Source of the DNA: Chlamydiota bacterium | GTDB lineage: Bacteria; Auribacterota; Tritonobacteria; UBA1439 | Length of the DNA stretch: 26,796 bases | Direction of reading: 5' to 3' | Assembly: GCA_037133055.1 (NCBI GenBank) | Contig: JBAXOY010000035.1 | Coordinates: 1 to 26,796, forward strand | Shown: in pieces, positions 17,724 to 25,881 of the stretch | Numbering within the stretch: position 1 is the stretch's first letter | How the letters are laid out: each line of letters begins with the position of its first letter | Notes under the pieces: generated by a model | What the model was told of the DNA's origin: nothing | Databases searched by the model: none | The model's input: only the letters and a program-made list of their open reading frames with translations | Translations under genes and position numbers: made by a program

Positions 17724-20114
17724 ATGCGTCATTCGAGTTTCCGACACGGCCTGGTGATGCGTGCCGCCTGCGCGTTGCTCTTTGCGCTGGTGTATGCCTC
17801 CCCGTGCCTGGCCAGCCCCCAATCGGACGTGGGGTCGATCAATGTCTCCACAACGCCGGAGACGGGCGCGTCGATCTACCTCGACTACCGCGACACGGGG
17901 CAGGTGACGGACTCGACGCTCGCGCAGGTGCAGGCGGGGAGCCACGCGGTGTCGGTGACGCGGACGGGGTACCCGCCGCAACCGCCTCAGGAAGGCGTGC
18001 AGGTGGTGGGGAGCGCGTCGACGGACGTGGTGTTCGTGCTGAGCCATGCGGTGGGCGCGCTCGAGGTGAATACGTCGCCGGAGACGGGCGCGGATATCTA
18101 CCTGGACTACATGAACACGGGGCTCCTGACGGACAACACGGTGGGAGACGTGGGTGTGGGGACGCATTTCGTGACGGTGCGGAAGGTCGGGGTGAGCCCG
18201 CCGGGTGTGGTGGCGGCGGAGGTGCTGGCGGGCGCGACGACGACGGTGGTGTTCGATCTGCCGCCGGCGGGCGCGTGCCCGGTCACGGTGAACTCGGTGC
18301 CGACGAGCGCGGACATCTACCTGGACTACATCGCGACGAGTCAGACGACGGACGGCACGGTTGCGGCCGTGGGGTACGGGACGCACGATGTGACGGTGCG
18401 GCTCCCCGGGTACCTGATCCCGCCGCCGCAGACGGTGGAGCTGTCGGCCTCGGCCTGCGCGACGACGGTGGCGTTCACCCTGGTGGCGGAGGAGACGCAG
18501 ACCCCGACGCCGACTCCCATGGGCCCGACGCCCACGCCGACTGAGACGCCTACCATCGCGCCCACGCCGACTGAGACGCCCACGCCGACGATTACCCCGA
18601 CCCCGACCGAAACCGAAACCCCGACGATCACGCCCACGCCGACTATAACACCCATGCCGACTGAGACCCCGACCATTACGCCCACCCCGACCGAAACCGA
18701 AACCCCGACGATCACGCCCACACCGACGATAACACCCACATCGACTGAGACCCCGATTGAAACCGAAACCCCGACGATCACGCCCACGCCGACAATAACA
18801 TCGACCCCGACAATAACACCGACCTCAACACCCCTCACCTGCTGCCACTATCAGACAGGAACGTGCTATTTTGCTTTCAATGCGTGTTGGGAGGGCGACG
18901 TGCCGATAGGCAATTGTGTGGAATGTGGTACGTATACGCCGACCCCAACGTGTACGCCGACCCCAACTCAGACGCCGACCCCCAACCTCACCACCGGCTG
19001 GATCAGCGTCTCGACGACGCCCGTCCCCGGCTCGGCGATCTACCTCGACTTCATCTTCGACACCGGTCGCGACACGAACGCCACAATCGGGCCGGTGGCG
19101 TCGGGGAGGCACCAGGTGTATGTCCTGCCGCCGGCGGGGACGCCGACTCCGGCGGCGAAGGGGGTGGACGTCACGGGCGGCAACACTTCGTCTGTCTGGT
19201 TCGACCTCGGGCTCGGGACGGGTGACATCGCCGTGACCTCGTCGCCGGAGAAGGAGGCGAGGATCTACCTCGACTACGACGACACGGGGCTCCTGACGAA
19301 CAACACGATTGCGAATGTCCCTGCCGGGATGCACTACGTGATGATACGCAAGGACACCTTCGACCCGCCCGGCGTGCAGGCGGCGGAGGTCGTCGCGGGC
19401 CTGACGACCTCGGTCGCATTCGACCTTCCTCCCGCGGGCGTGTGCCCTGTCGAGGTGACCTCCGCCACGGACCAGGCGATGATCTACCTCGACTATCTGC
19501 CCACCGGAGTTTTAACGAATGCCACGCTCGCAGACATCGGCTACGGGACGCACGATGTGACCGTCCAGCGGGCCGGGTATCTGGTGCCGCCGCCGCAGAC
19601 GGTGGAGCTGTCGGCGGGGGCGTGCGCGACATCGGTGCACTTCGCGCTGATTCAGGAGACCCCGACGCCCACGCGGACGCCCACGCCCACGCAGACGCCG
19701 ACGATCACGCCTACCCCGACGATCACGCCGACGCCGTTCCCGCAGGGGCTGCGGGTGTGGTTGAACCAGACGACCTTTGTCCCCGGGGACACGATCCAGG
19801 TGTCGATCAGCTTCACGAATACGATCCTCGACTGGGACGGGTACGTGGTGATCGTCCGGAGCGACGGGCGGGCGTGGTCGGTCCAGGTCGGTGACCGGCT
19901 CGTGGAGGGGGTATACCCGCTCATCTATGGCGCCCTGGAGATCCACAAGACATTCGGCCCGGTGCTGGTGCTCACGATGCGTATACCGTATGGGGTGGCG
20001 GGGTACTACGGGGTCTACGCCGCGATCCTGCCCACGGGCACGCCTCCCACCATTCAGAACGCGCGCGGCCCGTACAGCCAGCTTGCCGTGGTGCCCGTCC
20101 AGGTGCTTTACTAG
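17724..20114 (+). CDS. Secreted surface protein: signal peptide, 2x3 PEGA-like domains, Thr-Pro linkers, Cys-rich mini-domain, C-terminal Ig-like domain
   Basis: Signal peptide ending ...SPCLA. Six repeats of G.I.V.S.P.GA.IYLD...G.H.V.V...GY. (TP)n tracts. Confidence 0.85.
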   Translation: MRHSSFRHGLVMRAACALLFALVYASPCLASPQSDVGSINVSTTPETGASIYLDYRDTGQVTDSTLAQVQAGSHAVSVTRTGYPPQPPQEGVQVVGSASTDVVFVLSHAVGALEVNTSPETGADIYLDYMNTGLLTDNTVGDVGVGTHFVTVRKVGVSPPGVVAAEVLAGATTTVVFDLPPAGACPVTVNSVPTSADIYLDYIATSQTTDGTVAAVGYGTHDVTVRLPGYLIPPPQTVELSASACATTVAFTLVAEETQTPTPTPMGPTPTPTETPTIAPTPTETPTPTITPTPTETETPTITPTPTITPMPTETPTITPTPTETETPTITPTPTITPTSTETPIETETPTITPTPTITSTPTITPTSTPLTCCHYQTGTCYFAFNACWEGDVPIGNCVECGTYTPTPTCTPTPTQTPTPNLTTGWISVSTTPVPGSAIYLDFIFDTGRDTNATIGPVASGRHQVYVLPPAGTPTPAAKGVDVTGGNTSSVWFDLGLGTGDIAVTSSPEKEARIYLDYDDTGLLTNNTIANVPAGMHYVMIRKDTFDPPGVQAAEVVAGLTTSVAFDLPPAGVCPVEVTSATDQAMIYLDYLPTGVLTNATLADIGYGTHDVTVQRAGYLVPPPQTVELSAGACATSVHFALIQETPTPTRTPTPTQTPTITPTPTITPTPFPQGLRVWLNQTTFVPGDTIQVSISFTNTILDWDGYVVIVRSDGRAWSVQVGDRLVEGVYPLIYGALEIHKTFGPVLVLTMRIPYGVAGYYGVYAAILPTGTPPTIQNARGPYSQLAVVPVQVLY
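18500..18835 (+). repeat. Intragenic Thr-Pro tandem repeat
   Basis: Exact 29-mer GAAACCGAAACCCCGACGATCACGCCCAC at 18609, 18693 and 18759 (spacings 84 and 66 bp). Confidence 0.9.
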
Positions 20115-20160
20115 GAGCCGCGGGGCGGCCCATGCGGCACATTTCTCTATCTATATTGTA

Positions 20161-20188
20161 AGGGGGCCTTTTCAGGCCCCCTTTTTTT
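20161..20188 (+). terminator. Rho-independent terminator
   Basis: AGGGGGCC-TTTTCA-GGCCCCCT followed by a T-tract. Confidence 0.85.
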
Positions 20189-20194
20189 CCTGTA

Positions 20195-20254
20195 GTAGGG
20201 TGGGGCTTCAGCCCCCGCGGCAAAAGGCGCCTTTCCGCTATGGCACGGCCCTAC
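20195..20254. repeat. GTAG-type REP-like element(s)
   Basis: GTAGGGTGGGGCTTCAGCCCC hairpin, plus a convergent GTAGGGCCGTG on the minus strand ending at 20254. Confidence 0.45.
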
Positions 20255-20745
20255 CTGAACATCTCCGGCTTCAGGATACCCTGCATCAGCCCCTTGAGCG
20301 CCCCCGGACGCTGGGCAAACCATTCCTGCTGCCACTCCGCGTAGAGCATCGCCAGGGCCACGAAGAGCGCCGTGATGATCTCAGCCGCCCCCCCGAGCCG
20401 GATCATGCGGATGACAAAGTAAAGCACGGCGAGCGTCATGAGTATGTGCCCGATCTGCGGGATGATGTTCAACCCCTCCCACCCGAAGGCGAAGAGGCCG
20501 AGCGTCCCGTACCGGAACATCAGCCCCGTGCCGACCGCCATCACGGCGCGTTGCCGGAGGATATAACCGGCGGCGAAGACGAAGATGCTCGGGGCGCAGG
20601 AGTTCATCGCGAGCCAGCCGTCGAGCCCGGCGCCGAGCATCCGGGTGAAATAGAGCGTGGAGTTGAGGGCGGCGAGCAGGTTGAGCCCCACGATGATCCA
20701 TCCGGTCCGGTCCCGCGTGAACCTCTCTGCCGACTCGTTCGTCAT
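20251..20745 (-). CDS. Hypothetical multi-pass membrane protein (~164 aa)
   Basis: GGAGG RBS before ATG 20745. About 5 hydrophobic segments. Upstream TTGCGG-17-TATGGT (20798-20770) supports this start over the ORF-track start. Confidence 0.7.
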   Translation of the reverse strand: MTNESAERFTRDRTGWIIVGLNLLAALNSTLYFTRMLGAGLDGWLAMNSCAPSIFVFAAGYILRQRAVMAVGTGLMFRYGTLGLFAFGWEGLNIIPQIGHILMTLAVLYFVIRMIRLGGAAEIITALFVALAMLYAEWQQEWFAQRPGALKGLMQGILKPEMFR

Positions 20746-20991
20746 TGCGTGTCCCTCCATGTGCCGCCCACCATACCACAGCCGGTGGCCCACCGCAACA
20801 GCGCCTCCGTCGCTCTCCGGCGCTCTCGCGCCGTCCGTCTCTGCTATTTTCATTTTTCCCATACGTCTCATCGATCCGTATAGGTCCCATTGCCTTAACG
20901 CCTCAAAGCCCCCCGGGATTTCGGTTGCATTTCCCGGGTAGTGTGCGAGGATACCGGCGAGAGCGCGCAACCCTCAACAGGAGGCGGTGCG

Positions 20992-21432
20992 ATGAAGTGG
21001 CTCGGAGTGGTCGTCGCCGTCGGCCTTGTCCTTGCCCTGTGCATGCCGTGCAGTCCGGTCATGGCCCAGGACGAGGCAAAACCCGGGGCGAAGGCTGAGG
21101 TGACGGCGGAAGCGAAAGCCGAGGTCAAGCCCGAGGCTGCGGCAAAGGCGCTCACCTGGAAAGAGGCGATGGGCAGGGTGGGTGAGGATGTGGTCGTCGA
21201 GGGGACGGTCGTCAATGTGCACGTCCGCAAGGAGAAGCGCCCCGACACGCTGAACTTCGACCAGAACTGGAAAGAGAGCCTGAGCGTCGCGATCTTCAAC
21301 AAGGAGAAGTTCGGAGACACCCAGGCGAAGTACATGGGCAGGAAGATCAGGGTGAGCGGAAGGGTGGCGACATACAGAGACGCGGCCCAGATCAGGGTGA
21401 AGGACCCGGCCCAGCTCACGATCGTCGAATAG
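20992..21432 (+). CDS. Secreted OB-fold-like protein
   Basis: CAGGAGG RBS, signal peptide MKWLGVVVAVGLVLAL...VMA, Ala/Lys/Glu linker. 'VGEDVVVEGTVVNV...LNF...GRKIRVSGRV..Y....QIRV' matches an OB-fold pattern. Confidence 0.75.
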   Translation: MKWLGVVVAVGLVLALCMPCSPVMAQDEAKPGAKAEVTAEAKAEVKPEAAAKALTWKEAMGRVGEDVVVEGTVVNVHVRKEKRPDTLNFDQNWKESLSVAIFNKEKFGDTQAKYMGRKIRVSGRVATYRDAAQIRVKDPAQLTIVE

Positions 21433-21462
21433 CGGCGTCGAAATGTTCCTAACGAGTCAAGC

Positions 21463-21518
21463 AGGGGACATTTCTATTTTGGCAGAGGGGGTGACAGTAT
21501 CATTCTGCTGCTATGGCA
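21463..21518. mobile_element. Possible orphan, degenerate IS terminal repeat (ISNCY/IS1202- or IS481-like)
   Basis: GGGGACATTTCTATTTTGGCAGA-GGGGGTGACAGTATCATT: tandem G(T/G)GACA boxes resembling these IS ends as I recall them. No transposase nearby. Confidence 0.35.
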
Positions 21519-21534
21519 CTCCGGAAAATACCCT

Positions 21535-21562
21535 TTGACAACCCCCCCGGGCGTGGTACAAT
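21535..21562 (+). promoter_or_regulatory. tRNA promoter
   Basis: TTGACA (21535-21540), 16 bp spacer, TACAAT (21557-21562) with TGn extension. Confidence 0.75.
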
Positions 21563-21585
21563 ACCGCCAAGATATTAGGTTACGT

Positions 21586-21662
21586 TGCGGGGTGGAGCAG
21601 CCAGGAAGCTCGTCAGGCTCATAACCTGAAGGTCGCTGGTTCGAATCCAGCCCCCGCTACCA
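21586..21662 (+). tRNA. tRNA-Met(CAT), initiator (fMet) type
   Basis: 77-nt cloverleaf with encoded CCA. Anticodon arm TCAGG-CTCATAA-CCTGA, T arm GCTGG-TTCGAAT-CCAGC, unpaired 1:72, A11:U24. Confidence 0.95.
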
Positions 21663-21700
21663 AAATGCAAGGCCGGAATCAACGTTCCGGCCTTCATTTT
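21662..21700 (+). terminator. Terminator hairpin after tRNA
   Basis: AAGGCCGGAA-TCAACG-TTCCGGCCTT then CATTTT. Confidence 0.75.
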
Positions 21701-21965
21701 CAATATGATACGTCGATTTCGTGAATTCCTCCTATTTTCTTGAAACACCCCGAACATCCTGAAAAACGCCGAACGAAAACCCACACATCGACCCACACAC
21801 TTTTCACCGCTTCTACCCCCATTCTATGCCGCACTTCGCCCTTAAAACCCGTCCGCCTTTTGATCCCCGCGAAAGCAGGGATCCAATTCTAAAATTTTAG
21901 CAAGGCACTCTTATCCCTGCAAAGCGGGAGGGAGGATGAGCTATTCAAACTAATTGCTCGCCGCT

Positions 21966-22051
21966 AACCGTCCGGACCGTATGCCCGGTTGGGTGAAAGA
22001 GGCTATAGGAGAACGGCCCCCCGATAATCTCGGGGGAGCTCCTCGCTAATC
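21966..22051 (+). other. Possible degenerate group II (IIC-like) intron 3' remnant (domains V/VI)
   Basis: AACCG..CGGACCGTATGCCCGGTTGGGTGAAAGAGG resembles IIC domain V, followed by a GGAG..CCCCC/GGGGG..CTCC hairpin. Confidence 0.35.
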
Positions 22052-22170
22052 AGACCTCGGGAAGACGAGTTTGACGATGAACGATAATCTTTGCAGGAGT
22101 ACAATAGGTACCGAAAAACGATCAATACCCGTGCACATTCTTTTCAGACATTTTACGAACGGATCACTAT

Positions 22171-23052
22171 ATGGGTCTTCTAATCCTTGATATTGACCAT
22201 AGAGGGATGGTTATGGGGAGTGATAGTATCAACGTACTTCTCCTCAATGGGTCTTATAAGGTATGTCGCGGCGAAAGGTGCTACACACGTAGCAGCAAGA
22301 TCTTTCCCATTAAGCTTAATTCCTTTAAGGGGCTTCTTGGTTACGTGGGGACAGAACGCATCATAAAAATGCAGATGAGAGACTGGCTGGTGCACTTCAC
22401 TCAAATGAACGGCCATCTAACTCTACCTCTATTCTGCAAAAGACTAGCTGATGATTTATCTATGGTATGGAAACGAGGACGTCTAAGAACAGGCTTGTGG
22501 GTCTTTATCGCTGGGTATGAGAACAGGGATCCGAAGTTTTGGTACATCAATAATATCGGCAATCTCGATCAAGACACACTGCGTTATAGCCGGATCGGCC
22601 CAGACTTCTTTCCCGTGAACGACCTAGATAACAATTACATCAGCGAAATCACTCGCAGGACTGGTTTCAACAAGGTCCAGATCATGAAGATGCATCAGTT
22701 TAATTTTCGAAATGGAGTGCTCTTCCCTTTCCTTGCAGTTTATCAACACTATACTGCGCTTATAAAACATCTGTTACAAGGTGCTGATCCTGGATTCAAA
22801 ACTCCTCGCAGGCTAAAACATGCCGCCTTTCTGTATCGTCAACGTTTCGAGTTTTTAAAAAGGCTGTTTTCGGCTAAACATGGAATTTATCGCAAACGTA
22901 ATGCACCGGTAGGGGGTGAAATCAAGGTGTTCACAGTTAGTCCTTCAGGAAGTATTCATGAATGCTATAAGGAGCAATATCACAAGCTTTCCCCAGCTTG
23001 CTGGAACTATTTGGTCAGGAGGGCTCAAGTCGACCGTCCTGGAAATGCCTGA
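22171..23052 (+). CDS. Hypothetical protein with proteasome-beta/Ntn-hydrolase-like N-terminus
   Basis: 293-aa ORF. 'MGLLIL...GMVMGSDS...SKIF...LLGYVG' and 'VFIAGY' resemble the TT.....G.V.AADS...KI....G pattern. Confidence 0.5.
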   Translation: MGLLILDIDHRGMVMGSDSINVLLLNGSYKVCRGERCYTRSSKIFPIKLNSFKGLLGYVGTERIIKMQMRDWLVHFTQMNGHLTLPLFCKRLADDLSMVWKRGRLRTGLWVFIAGYENRDPKFWYINNIGNLDQDTLRYSRIGPDFFPVNDLDNNYISEITRRTGFNKVQIMKMHQFNFRNGVLFPFLAVYQHYTALIKHLLQGADPGFKTPRRLKHAAFLYRQRFEFLKRLFSAKHGIYRKRNAPVGGEIKVFTVSPSGSIHECYKEQYHKLSPACWNYLVRRAQVDRPGNA

Positions 23053-23078
23053 AATATCTCTGGATCCCGAGGATAGTG

Positions 23079-24668
23079 ATGTCCAAGAACAAACGCAAAC
23101 GCCATAAGCATAAACCCATTCATTCCCCTCTTGCTTTTCATCGCAAGAGTGGAACAAAGCTCATCACTTTTTTATCTGATATCGGAGTCCGGCAAATACA
23201 ATGGGAAAGAGACGTATTGCCAGAATTCTTATGGATTGCAGCATTAGCCATAAAGTTTGGGATTGACGCTTTTCATACTCCCTATGGTAATTTTATGGAC
23301 GCAGTAGATGATATGTGGAGCATAAATACTGTACCGCTCGGTCTGATTTCAGACTTTGCTTTGTTCCCCACTGATAGGCGTTCCGAATTTCTTGCCAAGA
23401 ACACTCAACTGATAGAAGAGTATTTCCGCAATCCCATAGGCAGGATTATCTCCTTTTATCCTGAGTGCCCTGCTGCATGGTTATTGCAAAAAGAATTTAT
23501 ACCTCCCGATGATCATCTTGATCCCGAAATCGAGCTTGGTCACCTTCGTTCCTTAGTCATCAAACTGCTAGCTGGCAAAGATGCATATGCTTCCCGTGTA
23601 AGGATTGTTCCCCTAGATAGGCTATTTAAGCATGACAAAATCCGCATCTTCGATACGCTTAAAGAAATTCTTGAAGCCATCCCTAAATATCCATCGGCAT
23701 GTTCTGAAGATGAGAAATCCAGAGTCGAGTCATTCGCTCGCACAGTGATCAATATGGAAATTGAGCAACGTGTCGATCTCCAGGCTCATGAATGGCCTAA
23801 ATATTTCTGGCGGCATAATTATGATCTGGCAGTTTGTAAGCATCGCGAGGCAAGTCTACTTGGAGGAAGATCAGTTGATAAGGAAGCCGCACGCTGCATT
23901 CAGGAAACAATGGCACAGAATGCAATAAGTGTGCGGGAATATCTGGCTGATCTTAGGCAGAAACTTAAGCTGGATTTATATGATCCAACAAGGGACGAAG
24001 TCCTCTTTGGGTTGTTTTCTCGAGTGACACGGCTCTATTCTCTTTTTGCAGATGACCCGCACTTATGGGCTAGAGATATTGCTGGAATAATTCTGCGCTG
24101 TCTCGCAGAAACAGCAATCACCTTTACGTATCTTATGCACAAAGGGCATCAAGAGGATTTTAGAAAATTTATTGAGTATGGAGACGGCCAGCAGAAGCTA
24201 CTTATGCTCCACCTTCAAGATAATTATCCTAATGATAAATCTCTTGAAGATCACACAGTAAAAGATATGTCCGATCAGATGGGGTCGTTTTATCCGGAAC
24301 TACTAGATATACAGCTGGGGCATTGGATGAAGAAAGATACACGAGATCTAGCTAGAGAAGCAGGCATGGAGAAAGTATACCGTCTGGTTTTTACACCAAC
24401 AAGCAGCGATTTGCATGGTTCTTGGCTTAATTTGAAATACTCAAACTTCACTCATTGTATTGAGCCTCTTCACAGATTTCACCGTTTACCAGCCTTTGCT
24501 GAACCACCCTTTTTCATCAAGACCGCGGAAATCGCAAGGGAGATATATGAATCCTGCTTGGAAGGCGCTATCAAGGAGCTAGAATATCCAGCCCAACGGT
24601 TAGCACTTCGGAAGATAGATATAGGCAATAAGCCTGATTGCGATACACCAAAAGCCGTCCATCCTTAG
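23079..24668 (+). CDS. Hypothetical protein with C-terminal DUF5677-like domain
   Basis: GAGGA RBS then MSKNKRKRHK. C-terminal 'AGIILRCLAE..ITFTYL...W....RDLAREAG...Y......SSDLHGSW' pattern. Confidence 0.65.
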   Translation: MSKNKRKRHKHKPIHSPLAFHRKSGTKLITFLSDIGVRQIQWERDVLPEFLWIAALAIKFGIDAFHTPYGNFMDAVDDMWSINTVPLGLISDFALFPTDRRSEFLAKNTQLIEEYFRNPIGRIISFYPECPAAWLLQKEFIPPDDHLDPEIELGHLRSLVIKLLAGKDAYASRVRIVPLDRLFKHDKIRIFDTLKEILEAIPKYPSACSEDEKSRVESFARTVINMEIEQRVDLQAHEWPKYFWRHNYDLAVCKHREASLLGGRSVDKEAARCIQETMAQNAISVREYLADLRQKLKLDLYDPTRDEVLFGLFSRVTRLYSLFADDPHLWARDIAGIILRCLAETAITFTYLMHKGHQEDFRKFIEYGDGQQKLLMLHLQDNYPNDKSLEDHTVKDMSDQMGSFYPELLDIQLGHWMKKDTRDLAREAGMEKVYRLVFTPTSSDLHGSWLNLKYSNFTHCIEPLHRFHRLPAFAEPPFFIKTAEIAREIYESCLEGAIKELEYPAQRLALRKIDIGNKPDCDTPKAVHP

Positions 24669-24857
24669 CTATTATGCTGCATAAGAATAGGAAATTTCCC
24701 TCCACCTTGATACAGCCGTTCAAGACGGCTTATGCGGCGTATTACAACCTGCGGCATCACCCAGATAAAAGTGCCCAACTTCATGAATGAGAGAGTACAA
24801 TAAGTAAAAGGCCAACAGGAACATACGCCTGATAGTTGCTTCGAATGGAGGTGCGTG

Positions 24858-25463
24858 ATGGATAAGGAGTATGTCTGGTATGTTGGATACGGCTCGAATT
24901 TATGCAAGGATCGCTTCTTATGGTATTTAGATGGTAAACAGAGGACTTTCTTCGGGGTTGATTTAGAGAGTTGGGAGGGGTGCAGAGACAAAGAGTGGTT
25001 GGGCGAATCTGTGGAATGCAAAATTAGATACCCTCTATATTTTGCAAATATGTCTAAGAAGTGGAGAGGAGCAGTGGCTTTTCTCGACTGCAACCACTTT
25101 AACGAAAAATACCTCACCTATGGACGAATGTGGAAAATAGCAAGCGAACAACTAGAAGACATATGGGAAAAGGAAGGCAAGGGAGATAAGTGGTACAATG
25201 CGTTAGTGCCTCTTCCCATCGAATCACCGGATAAGCGGCCCGTTTATACGATTACGCACGCCGGTCATATCAAAAATGCAGTCCCCGCTAATGCCTACAT
25301 CCAGGTAATGGCCTGCGGGCTAAAAGAATCGCATCAGCTTGATGACGAGGAGATCATACGGTATCTGCTTAGCCTACAAGGGATCAAACGGAGGCGAGGG
25401 AAAAAACACATACGCGGACTTGTGGTAAAAGCGCTGCAGCATAAAAATGCAAGACATTGGTAA
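24858..25463 (+). CDS. Hypothetical protein, gamma-glutamylcyclotransferase (GGCT/AIG2)-like fold
   Basis: GGAGG RBS. N-terminal VWYVGYGSNL motif, later 'E' and 'P..AY...M..GLKE' pattern. Confidence 0.6.
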   Translation: MDKEYVWYVGYGSNLCKDRFLWYLDGKQRTFFGVDLESWEGCRDKEWLGESVECKIRYPLYFANMSKKWRGAVAFLDCNHFNEKYLTYGRMWKIASEQLEDIWEKEGKGDKWYNALVPLPIESPDKRPVYTITHAGHIKNAVPANAYIQVMACGLKESHQLDDEEIIRYLLSLQGIKRRRGKKHIRGLVVKALQHKNARHW

Positions 25464-25881
25464 AGACATGCATGTGAAATTGCATGAAACCATACGCCGG
25501 AACATGAAAGAGCGGGGAATGGCATTTCATAGGTGATGCGTTGAATTAGCAAGCAGTTTCATAGAAGGGCTGACTTCATAAAGCCAGAGGAGGAAAACCT
25601 TCAGCCAAGAAGGATGGAGACCGATAGTCAGCTGATATCTATCTCACGCTGTTGTCAAATCGAAGCATCAGAGGATATGGAAGGCCTAGACACAAGTACT
25701 GTAATATCGCTAAAAGTCCAATGTGCACAATGTGTAGTTAATGCTAGTTTGCTGCTAGGGATAATGTCAGGCATTGAGCAAGTAGCGTAAGCAAGTTGCT
25801 CAAACAGCAGCTTAATCGTAGCATTTGAGTATATTTCATTTATTGACTCCGGCGATAGAAATACAAGGAGAAAAGGCCCCC

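Noticed and set aside
18500..18990. Regular repeats considered as a CRISPR array or DGR template/variable repeat
   Set aside because: They are in-frame Thr-Pro codons with no unique spacers, no adenine-specific mismatch pattern, and no cas or RT gene in the window.
21445..21580. CCTAAC...-like start resembling an integron attC R'' box (also GTTAGGC at 3918)
   Set aside because: No matching complementary R'/L boxes forming an attC hairpin, and no integron integrase.
21575..21796. 73-aa minus-strand ORF over the tRNA
   Set aside because: Antisense translation of the tRNA gene.
24669..24700. dif/Xer site-like TTATG...CATAA
   Set aside because: Arm order and spacing do not fit the 11-6-11 XerC/XerD layout.
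25614..25790. 58-codon ORF (METDSQLISISRCCQ...) upstream of the ATPase
   Set aside because: Short, no recognisable motif, weak RBS; cannot be supported without homology or expression data.
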